Assembly: GCA_963752715.1 (NCBI GenBank)
Contig: CAVVZQ010000007.1
Coordinates: forward strand, 456,215 to 520,214
Direction: 5' to 3'
Length of the DNA: 64,000 nucleotides
From: an uncultured Actinomycetota bacterium
Lineage (GTDB): Bacteria; Actinomycetota; Actinomycetes; Mycobacteriales; CAVVZQ01
Below, in pieces: positions 9,951-20,576 of this stretch. How positions within the stretch are numbered: the first letter of the stretch is position 1; every line of letters begins with the position of its first letter. A program made the position numbers and the translations under genes. The notes beneath the pieces are model-generated. The model saw nothing but the letters and a program-made list of their open reading frames with translations, had not been told where the DNA came from and ran no database searches.

Positions 9951-11299
9951 GCGCGTCGCCCCTCCAGACTGCCCATCAGACGCAACGACAGCACCGCGAT
10001 ACCAGCGTTGACCAGGCCCGCCAGGAACGCCACCACGCGAGCCCCGTCCAGGGTCGCCTCGATCGGCCCGATGCTGACGACGTTTCCGGTCAGCGCGCCG
10101 ACCGCGAACGGGACAGTCGCCAGTGTGAAGATGAGGATGATCCTGGTGGCCGAGAACACGAAGGCGAAGGTCCGGCCCCGTACCCAGTCCTCGACGTCCC
10201 GGCCGATGATCGTCAGTCCGAGCAGGAACGCCACCCCCGCGCCGAGCCCGATCAGTGCCACGAACACCAGGCCCACCGGGATCGCCGTCACGAAGGCGGT
10301 CGCCGACAGCATCACGCTCGACCAGGCCAGTCCGAACCCGAACAGCCGGGAAGCCGGCAAACGGCGCTCCAGCAGTGGGGCCACCACGACTCCCAGTCCG
10401 AGCCCGACGAACATGGCCCCGAACAGCAGTCCGTACGTGGCATCTGCGCCGCCCAGCGCAACCGCGAACTGCCGGCTCACCCCGATCAGGACGCCAGCAG
10501 CCGCAAAGGACCCGAGGATGCCGATGACAAGCCCCCGGACGAACCGGGTCCGAGCGATGAACGACCATCCCTCGCGCACCGAGCGGATCAGGCCGGGCGC
10601 GACCTCCCCGTCCTTGCTCTCGGCGCGACCGCTGATCTCGTGGATTCCGACCACGATCAGGGCCGAGACCCCGAAGGTCGCCGCGTTCAGCAGGATCGCC
10701 AGGTCAACGGGCTTCGCCGCGAAGAACGAGATGCTCTCGGCGAGCTGACTGCTCAAGCCGGCCAGCCCCGCGAAGGTGACGGCCGCGATCACCGGTGCCA
10801 GTCCGTACGCAGTGGCCAGCGAAAGCTGGTTGGCGGACTCGAGCTGACGGGGGGCGACCAGGTTGGGGACGGAGGCCTCCTTGGCCGGCATCCAGAACAG
10901 CGTCACGACCTCGACGAGGAATGAGACGACCAGGACCCAGACAAGCGTCTCGAACAGCGGGATCGAGGCGTACAGGGCGCAGCGCAGGACGTCGGAGACC
11001 ACCATCGTCCGGCGGCGGTCGAAGCGGTCCGCGAACGCCCCCGCAAAGGGACCGAACAGCACTGCGGGGATGAGCCGCAGCACCAGCACGCCGCCCAGCG
11101 CGTAGTTCGCCGCCGCCCCCGTGCCCCCGGCGAGGTTGGCGGCCAGCGCGGTCATCGCGAGCAGGCCCAGCCAGTCCCCGACGCTGGACAGCGCCAGTGC
11201 TGCGTACAGCCGGCGGAAGGCCTTCACCCGGAGCACCGATAGCACGGACGTGCCAGGTGCGGGTCCCTCCGCGGCGGCCTCGCCCGCCGACACGATCAC
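9947..11299 (-). CDS. MFS transporter
   Basis: 450 aa with about 12 hydrophobic segments and an MFS loop motif FADRFDRRR. Confidence 0.8.
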   Translation of the reverse strand: MIVSAGEAAAEGPAPGTSVLSVLRVKAFRRLYAALALSSVGDWLGLLAMTALAANLAGGTGAAANYALGGVLVLRLIPAVLFGPFAGAFADRFDRRRTMVVSDVLRCALYASIPLFETLVWVLVVSFLVEVVTLFWMPAKEASVPNLVAPRQLESANQLSLATAYGLAPVIAAVTFAGLAGLSSQLAESISFFAAKPVDLAILLNAATFGVSALIVVGIHEISGRAESKDGEVAPGLIRSVREGWSFIARTRFVRGLVIGILGSFAAAGVLIGVSRQFAVALGGADATYGLLFGAMFVGLGLGVVVAPLLERRLPASRLFGFGLAWSSVMLSATAFVTAIPVGLVFVALIGLGAGVAFLLGLTIIGRDVEDWVRGRTFAFVFSATRIILIFTLATVPFAVGALTGNVVSIGPIEATLDGARVVAFLAGLVNAGIAVLSLRLMGSLEGRRA

Positions 11300-11369
11300 G
11301 GCCTCCTGAGTCTGCTCCTGTCCCAGGTCAGACTAGTCCGGCCGGTCCGGAACCATCCGAGGGGAGCCG

Positions 11370-14168
11370 CTAGGCCGAGGACTTCCTGGTGGTACGGCGC
11401 TTCGGCGCGGGTCCTTTGGCCCGCTTCTCCGCGATGAGCTCGACGGCGCGTTCCAGGGTCACGGTCTCAGGGTTGTCGGCCTTGCGCAGGGTGGCGTTGA
11501 TCTCCCCGTCGGTGACATACGGGCCGAACCGGCCGGACTTCACCACCACCGGGCGACCGCTGCCGGGATCCTCGCCGAGCTCCCGCAGCGGCGCGGACGC
11601 GGCTCCTCTGCGTGCCTTGGGCTGGGCGAGCAGCGCAAGCGCCGCTTCGAGGGTGACGGTGAGGATCGCCTCCTCGGAGGGCAGAGAGCGGTACTCCGAG
11701 CCCTTGCGGACGTAGGGCCCGTACCGCCCGTTCGTCGCTGTGATCTCGCCGTCGTCGGCCGGGTCGGTTCCGACAGTACGGGGCAGCGACAGCAGCTCCA
11801 GGGCCTCCTGCAACGTCACGGTCTCGGGGCTCATGCTGCGGAACAGGCTGGCGGTCGGCGCCTTGGGAGCAGCGGGCTTCTTCGCGCCCTTGGCCTTCGT
11901 GGCAGCCTGCGCCGCCTCGGCCGCCGCCTGCTCCTCCTCCGCGCTCGCGCCGAGGGTCACGTACGGGCCGTACCGGCCGGACCTCACGACCACCGGCCGC
12001 CCGGTGCCGGGGTCCTCGCCGAGGACGCGCTCGCCTGGTGCGTTCAGCAGCTGCTCGACCTTCTCGCGGGTGAGCTCGTCGGGGGGCAGGTCCTCGGGGA
12101 TGCTGGCCCGCGCGCCGTCCTCCCCGCGCTGCACGTACGGGCCGTACCGGCCGACCCGCACCACGACCGGGGTGCCGTCGGTGTCGGTGTGCAGCTGGAT
12201 CGCGTTCACCCCCCGCGCGTCGATCTCGGCCAGCCGGGTCGCCACCAGCTCCTTCAACCCGAGCTCCCGCCCGGCCGGACCCGACCCGTCGGCGGGCTCC
12301 CCGCCGCTGGCGGGCTCGCCGGCGCCGTCGCCGAAGTAGAACCGGGTCAGCCACTCCACCGACTGCACATCACCGGAGGCGATCGCGTCGAGCTCGTTCT
12401 CCACATCCGCGGTGAACGTGTAGTCCACCAGCCGGGAGAAGTGCTGCTCCAGCAGCCCGACCACCGCGAACGCCGTCCAGGTCGGGACCAGCGCGGTGCC
12501 CTTCTTCCACACGTACCCGCGGTCCTGGATGGTCTGCAGGATCGACGCGTACGTCGACGGCCGACCGATCCCCAGCTCCTCCAGCTTCCGCACCAGCGTG
12601 GCTTCGGTGTACCGGGCCGGCGGCGTGGTCGCATGCCCCTCCGCCTGCAGCTCCCGCGCCGTCAGCGGCTGACCCTCGGCCAGGTTCGGCAGCCGACGCT
12701 CGGAGTCGTCGGTCTCCGCCCGCTCCCCCTCCGCCACCTCATCGGTGCTCTCCACATAGGCCCGCAGGAACCCCGGGAAGGAGATGGTCCGACCGCTCGC
12801 CGTGAACTGCGCCTGCTCACCGATCGCCGACTGCGCGTCGATCTTCACGCTGACGGTCTGCCCCTTCGCATCCGCCATCTGACAGGCCACCGTGCGCTGC
12901 CATACCAGCTCATACAGCCGCCGCTCGTCCTCCCCCACCTCAGCGGCCACGTCCGCGGGCGTACGGAACCGCTCCCCCGCCGGACGGATCGCCTCATGCG
13001 CCTCCTGCGCGTTCTTCACCTTCCGCGTGTAGGCCCGCGCCGCATCCGCCACGTACTCCGGCCCGTACAGCTCTCGCGCCGCCGCCCGCGCCGCCGCCAC
13101 CGCAACCTCCGACAGATGCACCGAGTCGGTCCGCATGTAGGTGATGTAGCCGTTCTCGTACAGCCGCTGCGCGGTCCGCATCGTCCGCTCCGCCGAGAAC
13201 CGCAGCTTGCGGCCCGCCTCCTGCTGCAACGTCGAGGTCATGAACGGCGGATACGGCTTACGGGTGTACGGCTTGCGCTCCACCGAGCTCACCCGACCGG
13301 CCGCACCGTCCAGCCGGCCCGCCAGCGCCCCCGCCGTCTCCCCGTCCAGCACCAGCACACCGCCCGCGCCGCCCGCGCCCTCCCGCGACGCCTTCACCCG
13401 GCCCGTCTCGGCGTCGAAATCACCGCTGCGCGCCACCCGCCGACCGTCCAGCACCGCCAGCGACGCCCGCAGCCCCTCCGGATCACCCGGCCGGACCTCA
13501 GCGGGGTCCAGCGCGAACTGCGCCGACAGCGACCAGTACTCCGCCGCCACGAACCGCCGCCGCGCCCGCTCCCGATCCACCACCAGCCGCGTCGCCACCG
13601 ACTGCACCCGGCCCGCCGACAACCGAGGCTGCACCTTCTTCCACAGCACCGGCGACACCTCATACCCGTACAGCCGGTCCAAGATCCGACGGGTCTCCTG
13701 CGCCTTCACCAGATCCCGGTCCAGCTCCCGCGGATTCGCCACCGCCTCCGCGATCGCCGACGGCGTGATCTCATGGAACACCATCCGACGCACCGGAACC
13801 TTCGGATTCAGCAGCTCCAGCACATGCCAGGCGATCGCCTCCCCCTCCCGGTCCTCATCCGTCGCCAGCAGCAGCTCGTCAGACTCCTTCACCAGCTTGC
13901 GCAGCTTCGCCACCTGCTGCTTACGGTCCTTCGACACCACATACAACGGCTCGAACCCGTTCTCCACATCCACCCCGAGCCGCGTCCACTTCTGATCACG
14001 CAGCTTCGCCGGCACATCCTCAGCACCCCGCGGCAGATCCCTCACATGACCGATGCTCGGCTCCACCACGAAACCCGGACCAAGCAGCCGGCTGATCGTG
14101 CGCGCCTTCGCCGGCGACTCCACCACGACCAGACGCCGACCGGACGCTGCTGCTGTTTCCTCGGGCAA
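11370..14168 (-). CDS. topA: DNA topoisomerase I (type IA)
   Basis: 932 aa. Toprim VVVESPAKARTI and TDEDREGEAIAWH; basic Lys/Arg-rich C-terminal tail. TTG start with GGAG 6 nt upstream. Confidence 0.95.
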   Translation of the reverse strand: MPEETAAASGRRLVVVESPAKARTISRLLGPGFVVEPSIGHVRDLPRGAEDVPAKLRDQKWTRLGVDVENGFEPLYVVSKDRKQQVAKLRKLVKESDELLLATDEDREGEAIAWHVLELLNPKVPVRRMVFHEITPSAIAEAVANPRELDRDLVKAQETRRILDRLYGYEVSPVLWKKVQPRLSAGRVQSVATRLVVDRERARRRFVAAEYWSLSAQFALDPAEVRPGDPEGLRASLAVLDGRRVARSGDFDAETGRVKASREGAGGAGGVLVLDGETAGALAGRLDGAAGRVSSVERKPYTRKPYPPFMTSTLQQEAGRKLRFSAERTMRTAQRLYENGYITYMRTDSVHLSEVAVAAARAAARELYGPEYVADAARAYTRKVKNAQEAHEAIRPAGERFRTPADVAAEVGEDERRLYELVWQRTVACQMADAKGQTVSVKIDAQSAIGEQAQFTASGRTISFPGFLRAYVESTDEVAEGERAETDDSERRLPNLAEGQPLTARELQAEGHATTPPARYTEATLVRKLEELGIGRPSTYASILQTIQDRGYVWKKGTALVPTWTAFAVVGLLEQHFSRLVDYTFTADVENELDAIASGDVQSVEWLTRFYFGDGAGEPASGGEPADGSGPAGRELGLKELVATRLAEIDARGVNAIQLHTDTDGTPVVVRVGRYGPYVQRGEDGARASIPEDLPPDELTREKVEQLLNAPGERVLGEDPGTGRPVVVRSGRYGPYVTLGASAEEEQAAAEAAQAATKAKGAKKPAAPKAPTASLFRSMSPETVTLQEALELLSLPRTVGTDPADDGEITATNGRYGPYVRKGSEYRSLPSEEAILTVTLEAALALLAQPKARRGAASAPLRELGEDPGSGRPVVVKSGRFGPYVTDGEINATLRKADNPETVTLERAVELIAEKRAKGPAPKRRTTRKSSA

Positions 14169-14315
14169 GACCTTCTCCGTAGCTCAGGACGACAGGGCCG
14201 CGGGCACCGCGGCGCACCCACCACTATGCGCCATCCGGCGGGTCGGCACGACGAACCAGGGTGCCGATGCAGTCAAGCTCGCGCCAGCCGGCTCGTCCCC
14301 GGGCGCTGACAAAGC

Positions 14316-14347
14316 GTGAGGGGCGGGCCCGCGGGCCCGCCCCTCAC
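14316..14347 (-). terminator. Perfect 32-nt palindromic hairpin downstream of hppA (14-bp GC stem, CGCG loop)
   Basis: GTGAGGGGCGGGCCCGCGGGCCCGCCCCTCAC lies 27 nt after the hppA stop and is followed on the minus strand by GCTTTGTC. There is no long U tract. Confidence 0.6.
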
Positions 14348-14373
14348 AATCGAGTTCGTACTGGTTAGCCGGG

Positions 14374-16701
14374 TCAGTCCCGAGAACCGGTCTGGACCGG
14401 TACGGCGTCGCCCTCACTGGCCATCGGTGCTTCCTCGCGCTTGTGGTAGACCACGGCGCCGACCAGCAGCACGACGGCGCCGATGCCGATGCCGTACCGC
14501 AGGAAGGGACTCATGTCGCCGAACTGGGCCTGGACCACGGCCGGCGCCACGAGCAGGGCCACCAGGTTCATGACCTTCATCAACGGGTTGATGGCTGGGC
14601 CGGCGGTGTCCTTGAACGGGTCACCCACGGTGTCGCCGACAACCGTTGCCGCGTGGGCCTCGGTGCCCTTGCCGCCGAAGTTGCCGTCCTCGACGAACTT
14701 CTTCGCGTTGTCCCACGCGCCGCCGGAGTTGGCCAGGAAGACCGCCATGAGCACGCCCGCCGCGATGACGCCTGCCAGGTAGGAGCCCAGCACCGAGTAG
14801 CCGAGCAGGAACCCGGTGGCCACCGGCGCCAACAGGGCCAGCAGTCCCGGCGTCGCGAGCTCGCGCAGCGAGTCGCGCGTGCAGATGTCGACCACCCGCT
14901 GGTAGTTCGGGCGGGTGCCCTGGTTCGTTCCGGGCCGGTAGTCCATGATTCCCGGCGTGTTGCGGAACTGGTCGCGCACCTCGAAGACGACACGTCCGGC
15001 GGCACGACCCACGGCGTTGATCGCGAGTGCCGAGAACAGGAACACCACAGCGGCGCCGAGGATGAGACCCACCAGGTTCTGAGGCTCGTCCACGGACAGC
15101 GAGAAGACGTCCGGAAGCTCGCCCGCATCGACCAGTGCCACGGTGACGGTTTCCTTGAAGGACCCGAAGAGAGCCGTCGCGGCGAGAACGGCGGTCGCGA
15201 TGGCGATGCCCTTCGTGATCGCCTTCGTGGTGTTGCCGACCGCGTCCAGCGAGTTGAGGACCTCGGCGCCCTCGCCGTGCACGTCGCCGGACATCTCGGC
15301 GATGCCCTGCGCGTTGTCGCTGATGGGACCGAAGGTGTCCATCGCCACGATCACACCGACCGTGGTCAGCAGACCGGTTCCGGCGAGTGCCACCGCGAAC
15401 AGGCTGAGGGTCACGACACCACCGCCGAGCAGGTAGGCGAGGTAGACCGCGCCGGCGATGACCAGTGCCGAGTACACCGCCGACTCCAGACCGACGCTGA
15501 TGCCCGAGAGCACCACGGTGGCCGGGCCGGTGAGGGAGGACCGGGCGACCTCGGTGACTGGACGCCGGTTGGTCTCGGTGAAGTACCCGGTCAGGATCTG
15601 GATCAGAGCCGCGAGCGCCAGGCCGATCAGGACGGCTGCCGTGGCTACCAGGCGGGGGTCGCCCTCCAGCTCGGCGATCTCCGCGGCCACTCCCTCCAGC
15701 TCGGCGAACGTTCCGGGCAGGTAGAGCCAGGCGGCCACGGCCACCAGGACTGCGGAGATCAGCGCCGAGAAGAAGAAGCCGCGGTTGATCGCGGCCATGC
15801 CGCTGGAGTCCGAGGGTCGCGGCGAGATCGAGATGATGCCGATGATGGCCGTGAGCACTCCGAGGGCCGGAACGATCAGCGGGAAGACGAGGCCCGCGGA
15901 ACCGAACGCCACCTGACCCAGAATCAGTGCGGCAACGAGCATCACCGCGTACGACTCGAACAGGTCGGCGGCCATACCGGCGCAGTCTCCGACGTTGTCC
16001 CCCACGTTGTCGGCGATGGTGGCCGCATTTCGGGGGTCGTCCTCGGGGATACCCGCTTCCACCTTGCCGACCAGGTCAGCCCCCACGTCGGCGGCCTTGG
16101 TGAAGATGCCTCCGCCGACACGCATGAACATCGCCAGCAGCGCGGCACCGAGGCCGAAGCCCTCCAGCACGGTCGGGGCATCGGCGTCGAAGATGAGCAG
16201 CACCGTGGACGCCCCGAGCAGGCCCAGGCCGACGGTCACCATGCCGACCACCCCGCCGGAACGGACCGCCAGGCGCATCGCGGGCTTCTCGCCCCCGGCC
16301 TGCGCCGCGGCGGCGACCCGGGTGTTCGCCCGAGTAGCCAGAGTCATGCCGATGAGGCCCACGAGGGCGGAGAAGGCCGCCCCGAGAATGAAGTAGACCG
16401 AACGCCCGACTCGGATCCCCATGTCGTCAGCCGGCAGCACCAACAGCACGAAGAAGATGAGGACCACGAACAGGCTCAGGGTCCGGAACTGCCGGGTGAG
16501 GAAGGCGTTCGCGCCCTCCTGGACCGCCTGGCCGATGTCCTTCATCCGGCTGGTGCCCGGATCCGCGGATAGGACCTCTCGCGAGAACACGTAGGCAACG
16601 ATGAGGGCGACAAGGGCGACACCCGCTACTAGCCAGACGAACGTGATATCGCCACTGGCTACTGCGGCGTCCCCCCCTTCAGCCACGAGCAACCGGGGCA
16701 T
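14374..16701 (-). CDS. hppA: Membrane-bound proton/sodium-translocating pyrophosphatase
   Basis: 775 aa with GDNVGDCAGMAADLFESY and DTVGDPFKDTAGP motifs. AGGAGG precedes the ATG. Confidence 0.95.
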   Translation of the reverse strand: MPRLLVAEGGDAAVASGDITFVWLVAGVALVALIVAYVFSREVLSADPGTSRMKDIGQAVQEGANAFLTRQFRTLSLFVVLIFFVLLVLPADDMGIRVGRSVYFILGAAFSALVGLIGMTLATRANTRVAAAAQAGGEKPAMRLAVRSGGVVGMVTVGLGLLGASTVLLIFDADAPTVLEGFGLGAALLAMFMRVGGGIFTKAADVGADLVGKVEAGIPEDDPRNAATIADNVGDNVGDCAGMAADLFESYAVMLVAALILGQVAFGSAGLVFPLIVPALGVLTAIIGIISISPRPSDSSGMAAINRGFFFSALISAVLVAVAAWLYLPGTFAELEGVAAEIAELEGDPRLVATAAVLIGLALAALIQILTGYFTETNRRPVTEVARSSLTGPATVVLSGISVGLESAVYSALVIAGAVYLAYLLGGGVVTLSLFAVALAGTGLLTTVGVIVAMDTFGPISDNAQGIAEMSGDVHGEGAEVLNSLDAVGNTTKAITKGIAIATAVLAATALFGSFKETVTVALVDAGELPDVFSLSVDEPQNLVGLILGAAVVFLFSALAINAVGRAAGRVVFEVRDQFRNTPGIMDYRPGTNQGTRPNYQRVVDICTRDSLRELATPGLLALLAPVATGFLLGYSVLGSYLAGVIAAGVLMAVFLANSGGAWDNAKKFVEDGNFGGKGTEAHAATVVGDTVGDPFKDTAGPAINPLMKVMNLVALLVAPAVVQAQFGDMSPFLRYGIGIGAVVLLVGAVVYHKREEAPMASEGDAVPVQTGSRD

Positions 16702-16927
16702 GCAACCTCCTGTGGGAGTAGCTTTTTCGGGCCGGCCAACCCCAGGCCGGTCCGCGCAGGTCTAGACGAGGATGATCGTCTGGATGCCCATACAGTACGG
16801 AAACTGACGCGTCGACATGGGCCGTTCAGGCCCACTGACAGCCATGTGTGACCCAGTCGAGGCCCTCAGGCCGGACCGCCGCGCCTGTCCCGAGGACGGT
16901 GTCTCGAAGCGCCGTGGGGAGTCCGTG

Positions 16928-17284
16928 TCACCGAGCGACCGCGGCGTCGACGGAGTCGTAGATGTCGAAGACCTTGGTCAGGCCGGTGATCCGGAAGATC
17001 TTGAGAATGCGGTCCTGACCACAGACCAGGGAGAGGTGCCCGCCGTGTACGCGCACCCGCTTCAGGCCCCCGACCAGGACGCCGAGACCGGTCGAGTCAA
17101 GGAACCCGACATCTTGGAGATCCACGACGATCTCGTACTGCTCGTCGGACACAAGCTGGATGAGAGCCTCACGCAGCTTCGGCGCACTGGCGACGTCAAC
17201 CTCGCCGTCGACGTCGAGCACGGCGACGGTCCCCACCCGGTGCACGGAGAGACCCAGGTTCTCCAGTTCCTTCTCAGCGTGCAT
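16928..17284 (-). CDS. STAS-domain anti-sigma-factor antagonist (SpoIIAA/RsbV-like)
   Basis: 118 aa. [18 protein letters not shown] contains the conserved phosphorylatable Ser. Confidence 0.85.
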   Translation of the reverse strand: MHAEKELENLGLSVHRVGTVAVLDVDGEVDVASAPKLREALIQLVSDEQYEIVVDLQDVGFLDSTGLGVLVGGLKRVRVHGGHLSLVCGQDRILKIFRITGLTKVFDIYDSVDAAVAR

Positions 17285-17367
17285 ACCAGTCCCCCGTCGT
17301 ACGACTCACGTCCGGCGGCCACAAACGCACGGCCACGCTTGTCAGAGGAGCATGCCACATTTGACGC

Positions 17368-19755
17368 GTGACAGTCGCCACCACGACCACAGGTGAGTCG
17401 CATTGCGGCCGAATTGTTCCCGATGCCGACCATCAGGCACTCAGTGCGGCCGTGCGCGAGGCAGCCCGTCAACGGGACGCCGCGCTGAGCACCGTGACGC
17501 TGCCCGCCAGCCAGGGCCGGACGGTGCCGTGGCCGGACTGGGTCCCGGCCGCGGTGAGCGAGGCATACCGGCACAGGGGTGTCACCCTGCCCTGGGCACA
17601 CCAGGAGCGCGCGGCGTCCCTGCTGGACGGCGGGCGGGACGTCGTGATGGCCACCGGAACCGGGTCCGGCAAGAGTCTCGGCTATCAGCTTCCCCTGCTG
17701 GCTCGGCTGCTGTCGGACCCGAGAGCGACAGCCCTGTACCTCGCGCCGACCAAGGCACTCGCCCACGACCAGATGCGTGTGCTGCGTGAGCTCGGGATGG
17801 TCGGACCCTCCGACGCGTGCGTGGTCGACGGGGACACACCCGCGGACCTGCGGGCCTGGGCACGCAGTCATGCCCGCCTCGTACTGACCAACCCGGACAT
17901 GCTGCATGCCTCACTGCTGCCCGGCCACCAGCGGTGGGCCCGCTTCCTCAGCAGGCTCACGCTGGTGGTGGTCGACGAGTGCCACCACTACAGAGGCGTC
18001 TTCGGCTCCCACGTGGCACTGGTGCTGCGCCGGACCCTCCGGCTTGCCCGGGCACTCGGAGCCGAGCCGGTGTTCGCTCACGCTTCCGCGACCGTGGCAG
18101 ACCCGGGCCGCACGGCGCGTGAGCTGACCGGCCGGACTGCTGCCGTCGTGGATGCCGACGCCAGCCCGCGACCCCGGATGGATCTGGCGGTCTGGATCCC
18201 CGCCGCCGGCGTCTCGGCCCGCGCCGAGACCGCCTGGCTGCTCGCCCGCCTGGTCTCCCTGAGGGCCCGCACCCTGGCGTTCGTGCGGTCCCGGGCCGGT
18301 GCCGAGCACGTTGCCCGCGAGGCGAGCGCGACTCTGGCCCGCAGGTCCGACCCGGCCGCGCGGGCGATCGCGCCCTACCGAGCCGGCCTGCTGCCCGAGC
18401 AGCGGCGCAGTGTGGAGGCAGCGCTCCTGAGCGGGACCCTCCTCGGTGTGGCCAGCACGAACGCCCTCGAGCTGGGGATCGACATCAGCGGGCTCGATGC
18501 GGTCGTCATGGAGGGCTACCCGGGAAGCGTGACCTCCCTGAGGCAACAGATGGGACGGGCGGGCCGCGGCGGTCATGCGGGCCTCGCCGTGATGATCGCG
18601 CGCGAAGACCCCTTGGACCGCTTTCTGGCAGCCGACCCTCAGCTGCTGCTCGGGCGACCTGTCGAGGACGTGGTGACGAACCGGTCCAACCGATACGTGC
18701 TGACGCCGCACCTGCTTGCCGCCGTAGCCGAGCGGCCCTGGACGGAGCCGGACCACGGGTCGCTGGGGTCGGAAGAGGCAGAGCTGGGGAGCCTCGAGGA
18801 CCTTGCCGATCGTCGCCTTGTCCGGCGTCGCCCGGCAGGCTGGTACCGCACCCCCCGACCCGTCTCCCCCGTGGGCTTGCGCGCCGCCGACGGTCTCGAG
18901 GTAGCCATCGTCGAGGCCGCATCCGGCCAGGTGCTCGGTACGGTCGGACGCCATGCCGCGGGGCGTTCCGCTCACCCGGGGGCCGTCTTCCTACAAGGGG
19001 GTGTCACGCTCATCGTCGAGGACCTCGACCTCGACGCAGGCGTCGCACTGGTACGCAGGGAAGACCCTGGCTGGACCACCCAGCCGCGGATCACCTCCCA
19101 TGTCGAGCTGGGCGCGACACAGCGCACACAGCTACCCCAGAGCTCCGACCAGCCCTCCGACCGGGCCCCGCACGAGGCCTCGCGCGCCATGCACGCGGCC
19201 CCCGAGGGCGTGAGACTCGGGTACGGCCCGGTGACGGTCAGGTCTCAGGTGGTCGGGTTCCTGCGCCGCAGCAGCAAGGACGGCTCCGTCATCGACGAAC
19301 AACCCCTGACCATGCCGGAGCAGCTCTTCGCCACCACCGCAGTGTGGTGGGCCCTTGCAGACGTCGGGTCGTGGGCTCAAACAGTCGACCCTTCCCAGCT
19401 CCCGGGCGCGCTTCATGCCGCCGAGCACGCGAGCATCGGCATCCTGCCATTGCTCGCCTCGTGCGATCGACGGGACATCGGCGGCCTTTCCACTGCGCTG
19501 CACGAGCAGACGGGACTGCCCACGGTCTTCGTCTACGACGGTGTCCCAGGAGGAGTAGGCATCGCCGAACGCGGCTTCGAGACGGCTGTTCGATGGCTCT
19601 CCATGACTCGCGACGTCATCGCTGCCTGCCCCTGCAGCGACGGCTGTCCCGGCTGTGTCCAGTCGCCCAAGTGCGGAAACGGAAACAGCCCGCTGTCGAA
19701 GCCGGGGGCAGTCGCAGTCCTCTCGGGAGTCATCACCAGCCTCGGCCGGCCCTGA
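17368..19755 (+). CDS. DECH-box superfamily-2 helicase with C-terminal Zn-ribbon (MrfA/YprA-like, DUF1998-type)
   Basis: Motif I TGTGSGKSL, motif II VVDECHHYRG and C-terminus CPCSDGCPGCVQSPKCGNGN. The exact start is uncertain. Confidence 0.9.
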   Translation: MTVATTTTGESHCGRIVPDADHQALSAAVREAARQRDAALSTVTLPASQGRTVPWPDWVPAAVSEAYRHRGVTLPWAHQERAASLLDGGRDVVMATGTGSGKSLGYQLPLLARLLSDPRATALYLAPTKALAHDQMRVLRELGMVGPSDACVVDGDTPADLRAWARSHARLVLTNPDMLHASLLPGHQRWARFLSRLTLVVVDECHHYRGVFGSHVALVLRRTLRLARALGAEPVFAHASATVADPGRTARELTGRTAAVVDADASPRPRMDLAVWIPAAGVSARAETAWLLARLVSLRARTLAFVRSRAGAEHVAREASATLARRSDPAARAIAPYRAGLLPEQRRSVEAALLSGTLLGVASTNALELGIDISGLDAVVMEGYPGSVTSLRQQMGRAGRGGHAGLAVMIAREDPLDRFLAADPQLLLGRPVEDVVTNRSNRYVLTPHLLAAVAERPWTEPDHGSLGSEEAELGSLEDLADRRLVRRRPAGWYRTPRPVSPVGLRAADGLEVAIVEAASGQVLGTVGRHAAGRSAHPGAVFLQGGVTLIVEDLDLDAGVALVRREDPGWTTQPRITSHVELGATQRTQLPQSSDQPSDRAPHEASRAMHAAPEGVRLGYGPVTVRSQVVGFLRRSSKDGSVIDEQPLTMPEQLFATTAVWWALADVGSWAQTVDPSQLPGALHAAEHASIGILPLLASCDRRDIGGLSTALHEQTGLPTVFVYDGVPGGVGIAERGFETAVRWLSMTRDVIAACPCSDGCPGCVQSPKCGNGNSPLSKPGAVAVLSGVITSLGRP

Positions 19756-20144
19756 CCCGGCCTAGTGGGCCTAGTCGTGGCCGAGCCGACGCCGAGTGCC
19801 CGTCCTGCCCAGGACCGGGCCTCCGCCCGGCGGCCCTGGACCACGGTGGGAGCCGAGACCGAGACCCCAGCTCGGCCCGGTTCCAGGGAGCACTCCTCAA
19901 GCCGCGTCCGCATTCGCTCGGCGACCGTCCGTGCCCGGCCACAGGGGTCTGGGTCGCCGTAGGTCAGCGCCAGGGCCGCCGCCAGCGCCCCCAGATCCGC
20001 CGCGGCATCAACTCGGTGTCGCACCGTGACTACCGAGGCCAGTCCGATGACCGGCAGTGAGAAGGCAACCACGCCCAGGGCGAGCAGCAGAACGAGGACC
20101 GACGCGGACCCACGCTGCATCCCGTGCCGAGCCCGTCGGCTCAT
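19533..20144 (-). CDS. TadE-like pseudopilin of the 'helicase/secretion neighbourhood' type, with an unusually long 3' extension
   Basis: N-terminal TM segment SASVLVLLLALGVVAF, then AAADLGALAAALA...C...C. The frame stays open for 222 nt into the convergent helicase gene. Confidence 0.6.
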   Translation of the reverse strand: MSRRARHGMQRGSASVLVLLLALGVVAFSLPVIGLASVVTVRHRVDAAADLGALAAALALTYGDPDPCGRARTVAERMRTRLEECSLEPGRAGVSVSAPTVVQGRRAEARSWAGRALGVGSATTRPTRPGQGRPRLVMTPERTATAPGFDSGLFPFPHLGDWTQPGQPSLQGQAAMTSRVMESHRTAVSKPRSAMPTPPGTPS

Positions 20145-20575
20145 CCCGCGGCCCCCGCGACGACATCCGGCAGACCGTCCGGCTCTCGAAGGGCCACCGC
20201 GGTGGCCGACAGGACGTCCACTTCGGCGACGTCGCCCGGAGCCCTCAGCCGAAGACGGACGCTGGCGACAACGAAGTCGCCGTCCCGCGTCGTCGACCAG
20301 ATGGCACCGGGCGGTCCCAGCCGGTCGGCGAGGCGCCCCAGCGTCGTGGCGTCCTCCCCGCGCGCGGCCGCGCGAGCCAGCTCGCGCGCCGCATCGACAC
20401 AGCGGACCTGCGCTGTCAGAGCGACGATGCTGAACAGGCAGAACACCCAGAGCATGACCATCACCGGTAGTGCGATCGCGTACTCGGCCGTCACGAAGCC
20501 CCTCTCACCGGGGGGCGGCGGTGGGCCTGCACGACCCGCCGCCGGCCCACTCCGGAAGGTTCGTCGAACGACCAC
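20141..20575 (-). CDS. TadE-family minor pilin
   Basis: ERGFVTAEYAIALPVMVML prepilin-like N-terminus. ATGA overlap with the next gene. Confidence 0.7.
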   Translation of the reverse strand: MVVRRTFRSGPAAGRAGPPPPPGERGFVTAEYAIALPVMVMLWVFCLFSIVALTAQVRCVDAARELARAAARGEDATTLGRLADRLGPPGAIWSTTRDGDFVVASVRLRLRAPGDVAEVDVLSATAVALREPDGLPDVVAGAAG

Positions 20576-20576
20576 G

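Noticed and set aside
7332-10748. 1138-aa plus-strand ORF. Similar giants occur at 1102-2754, 12189-14309, 14443-16572, 39106-41511, 58500-60359 and 61294-62964.
   Set aside because: All run antisense to well-supported genes (PSP1/holB/tmk/MFS, pRiA4b-like, topA, hppA, cyclase, PP2C, PFOR). They encode Arg/Gly/Pro/His-rich low-complexity sequence with no motifs. These are the usual stop-poor shadow frames of high-GC DNA.
16760-16790. CCGGCC-N7-GGCCGG hairpin with an adjacent T5 run upstream of hppA.
   Set aside because: The T run precedes the stem on the plus strand and follows it as an A run on the minus strand. It does not fit a terminator in either direction.
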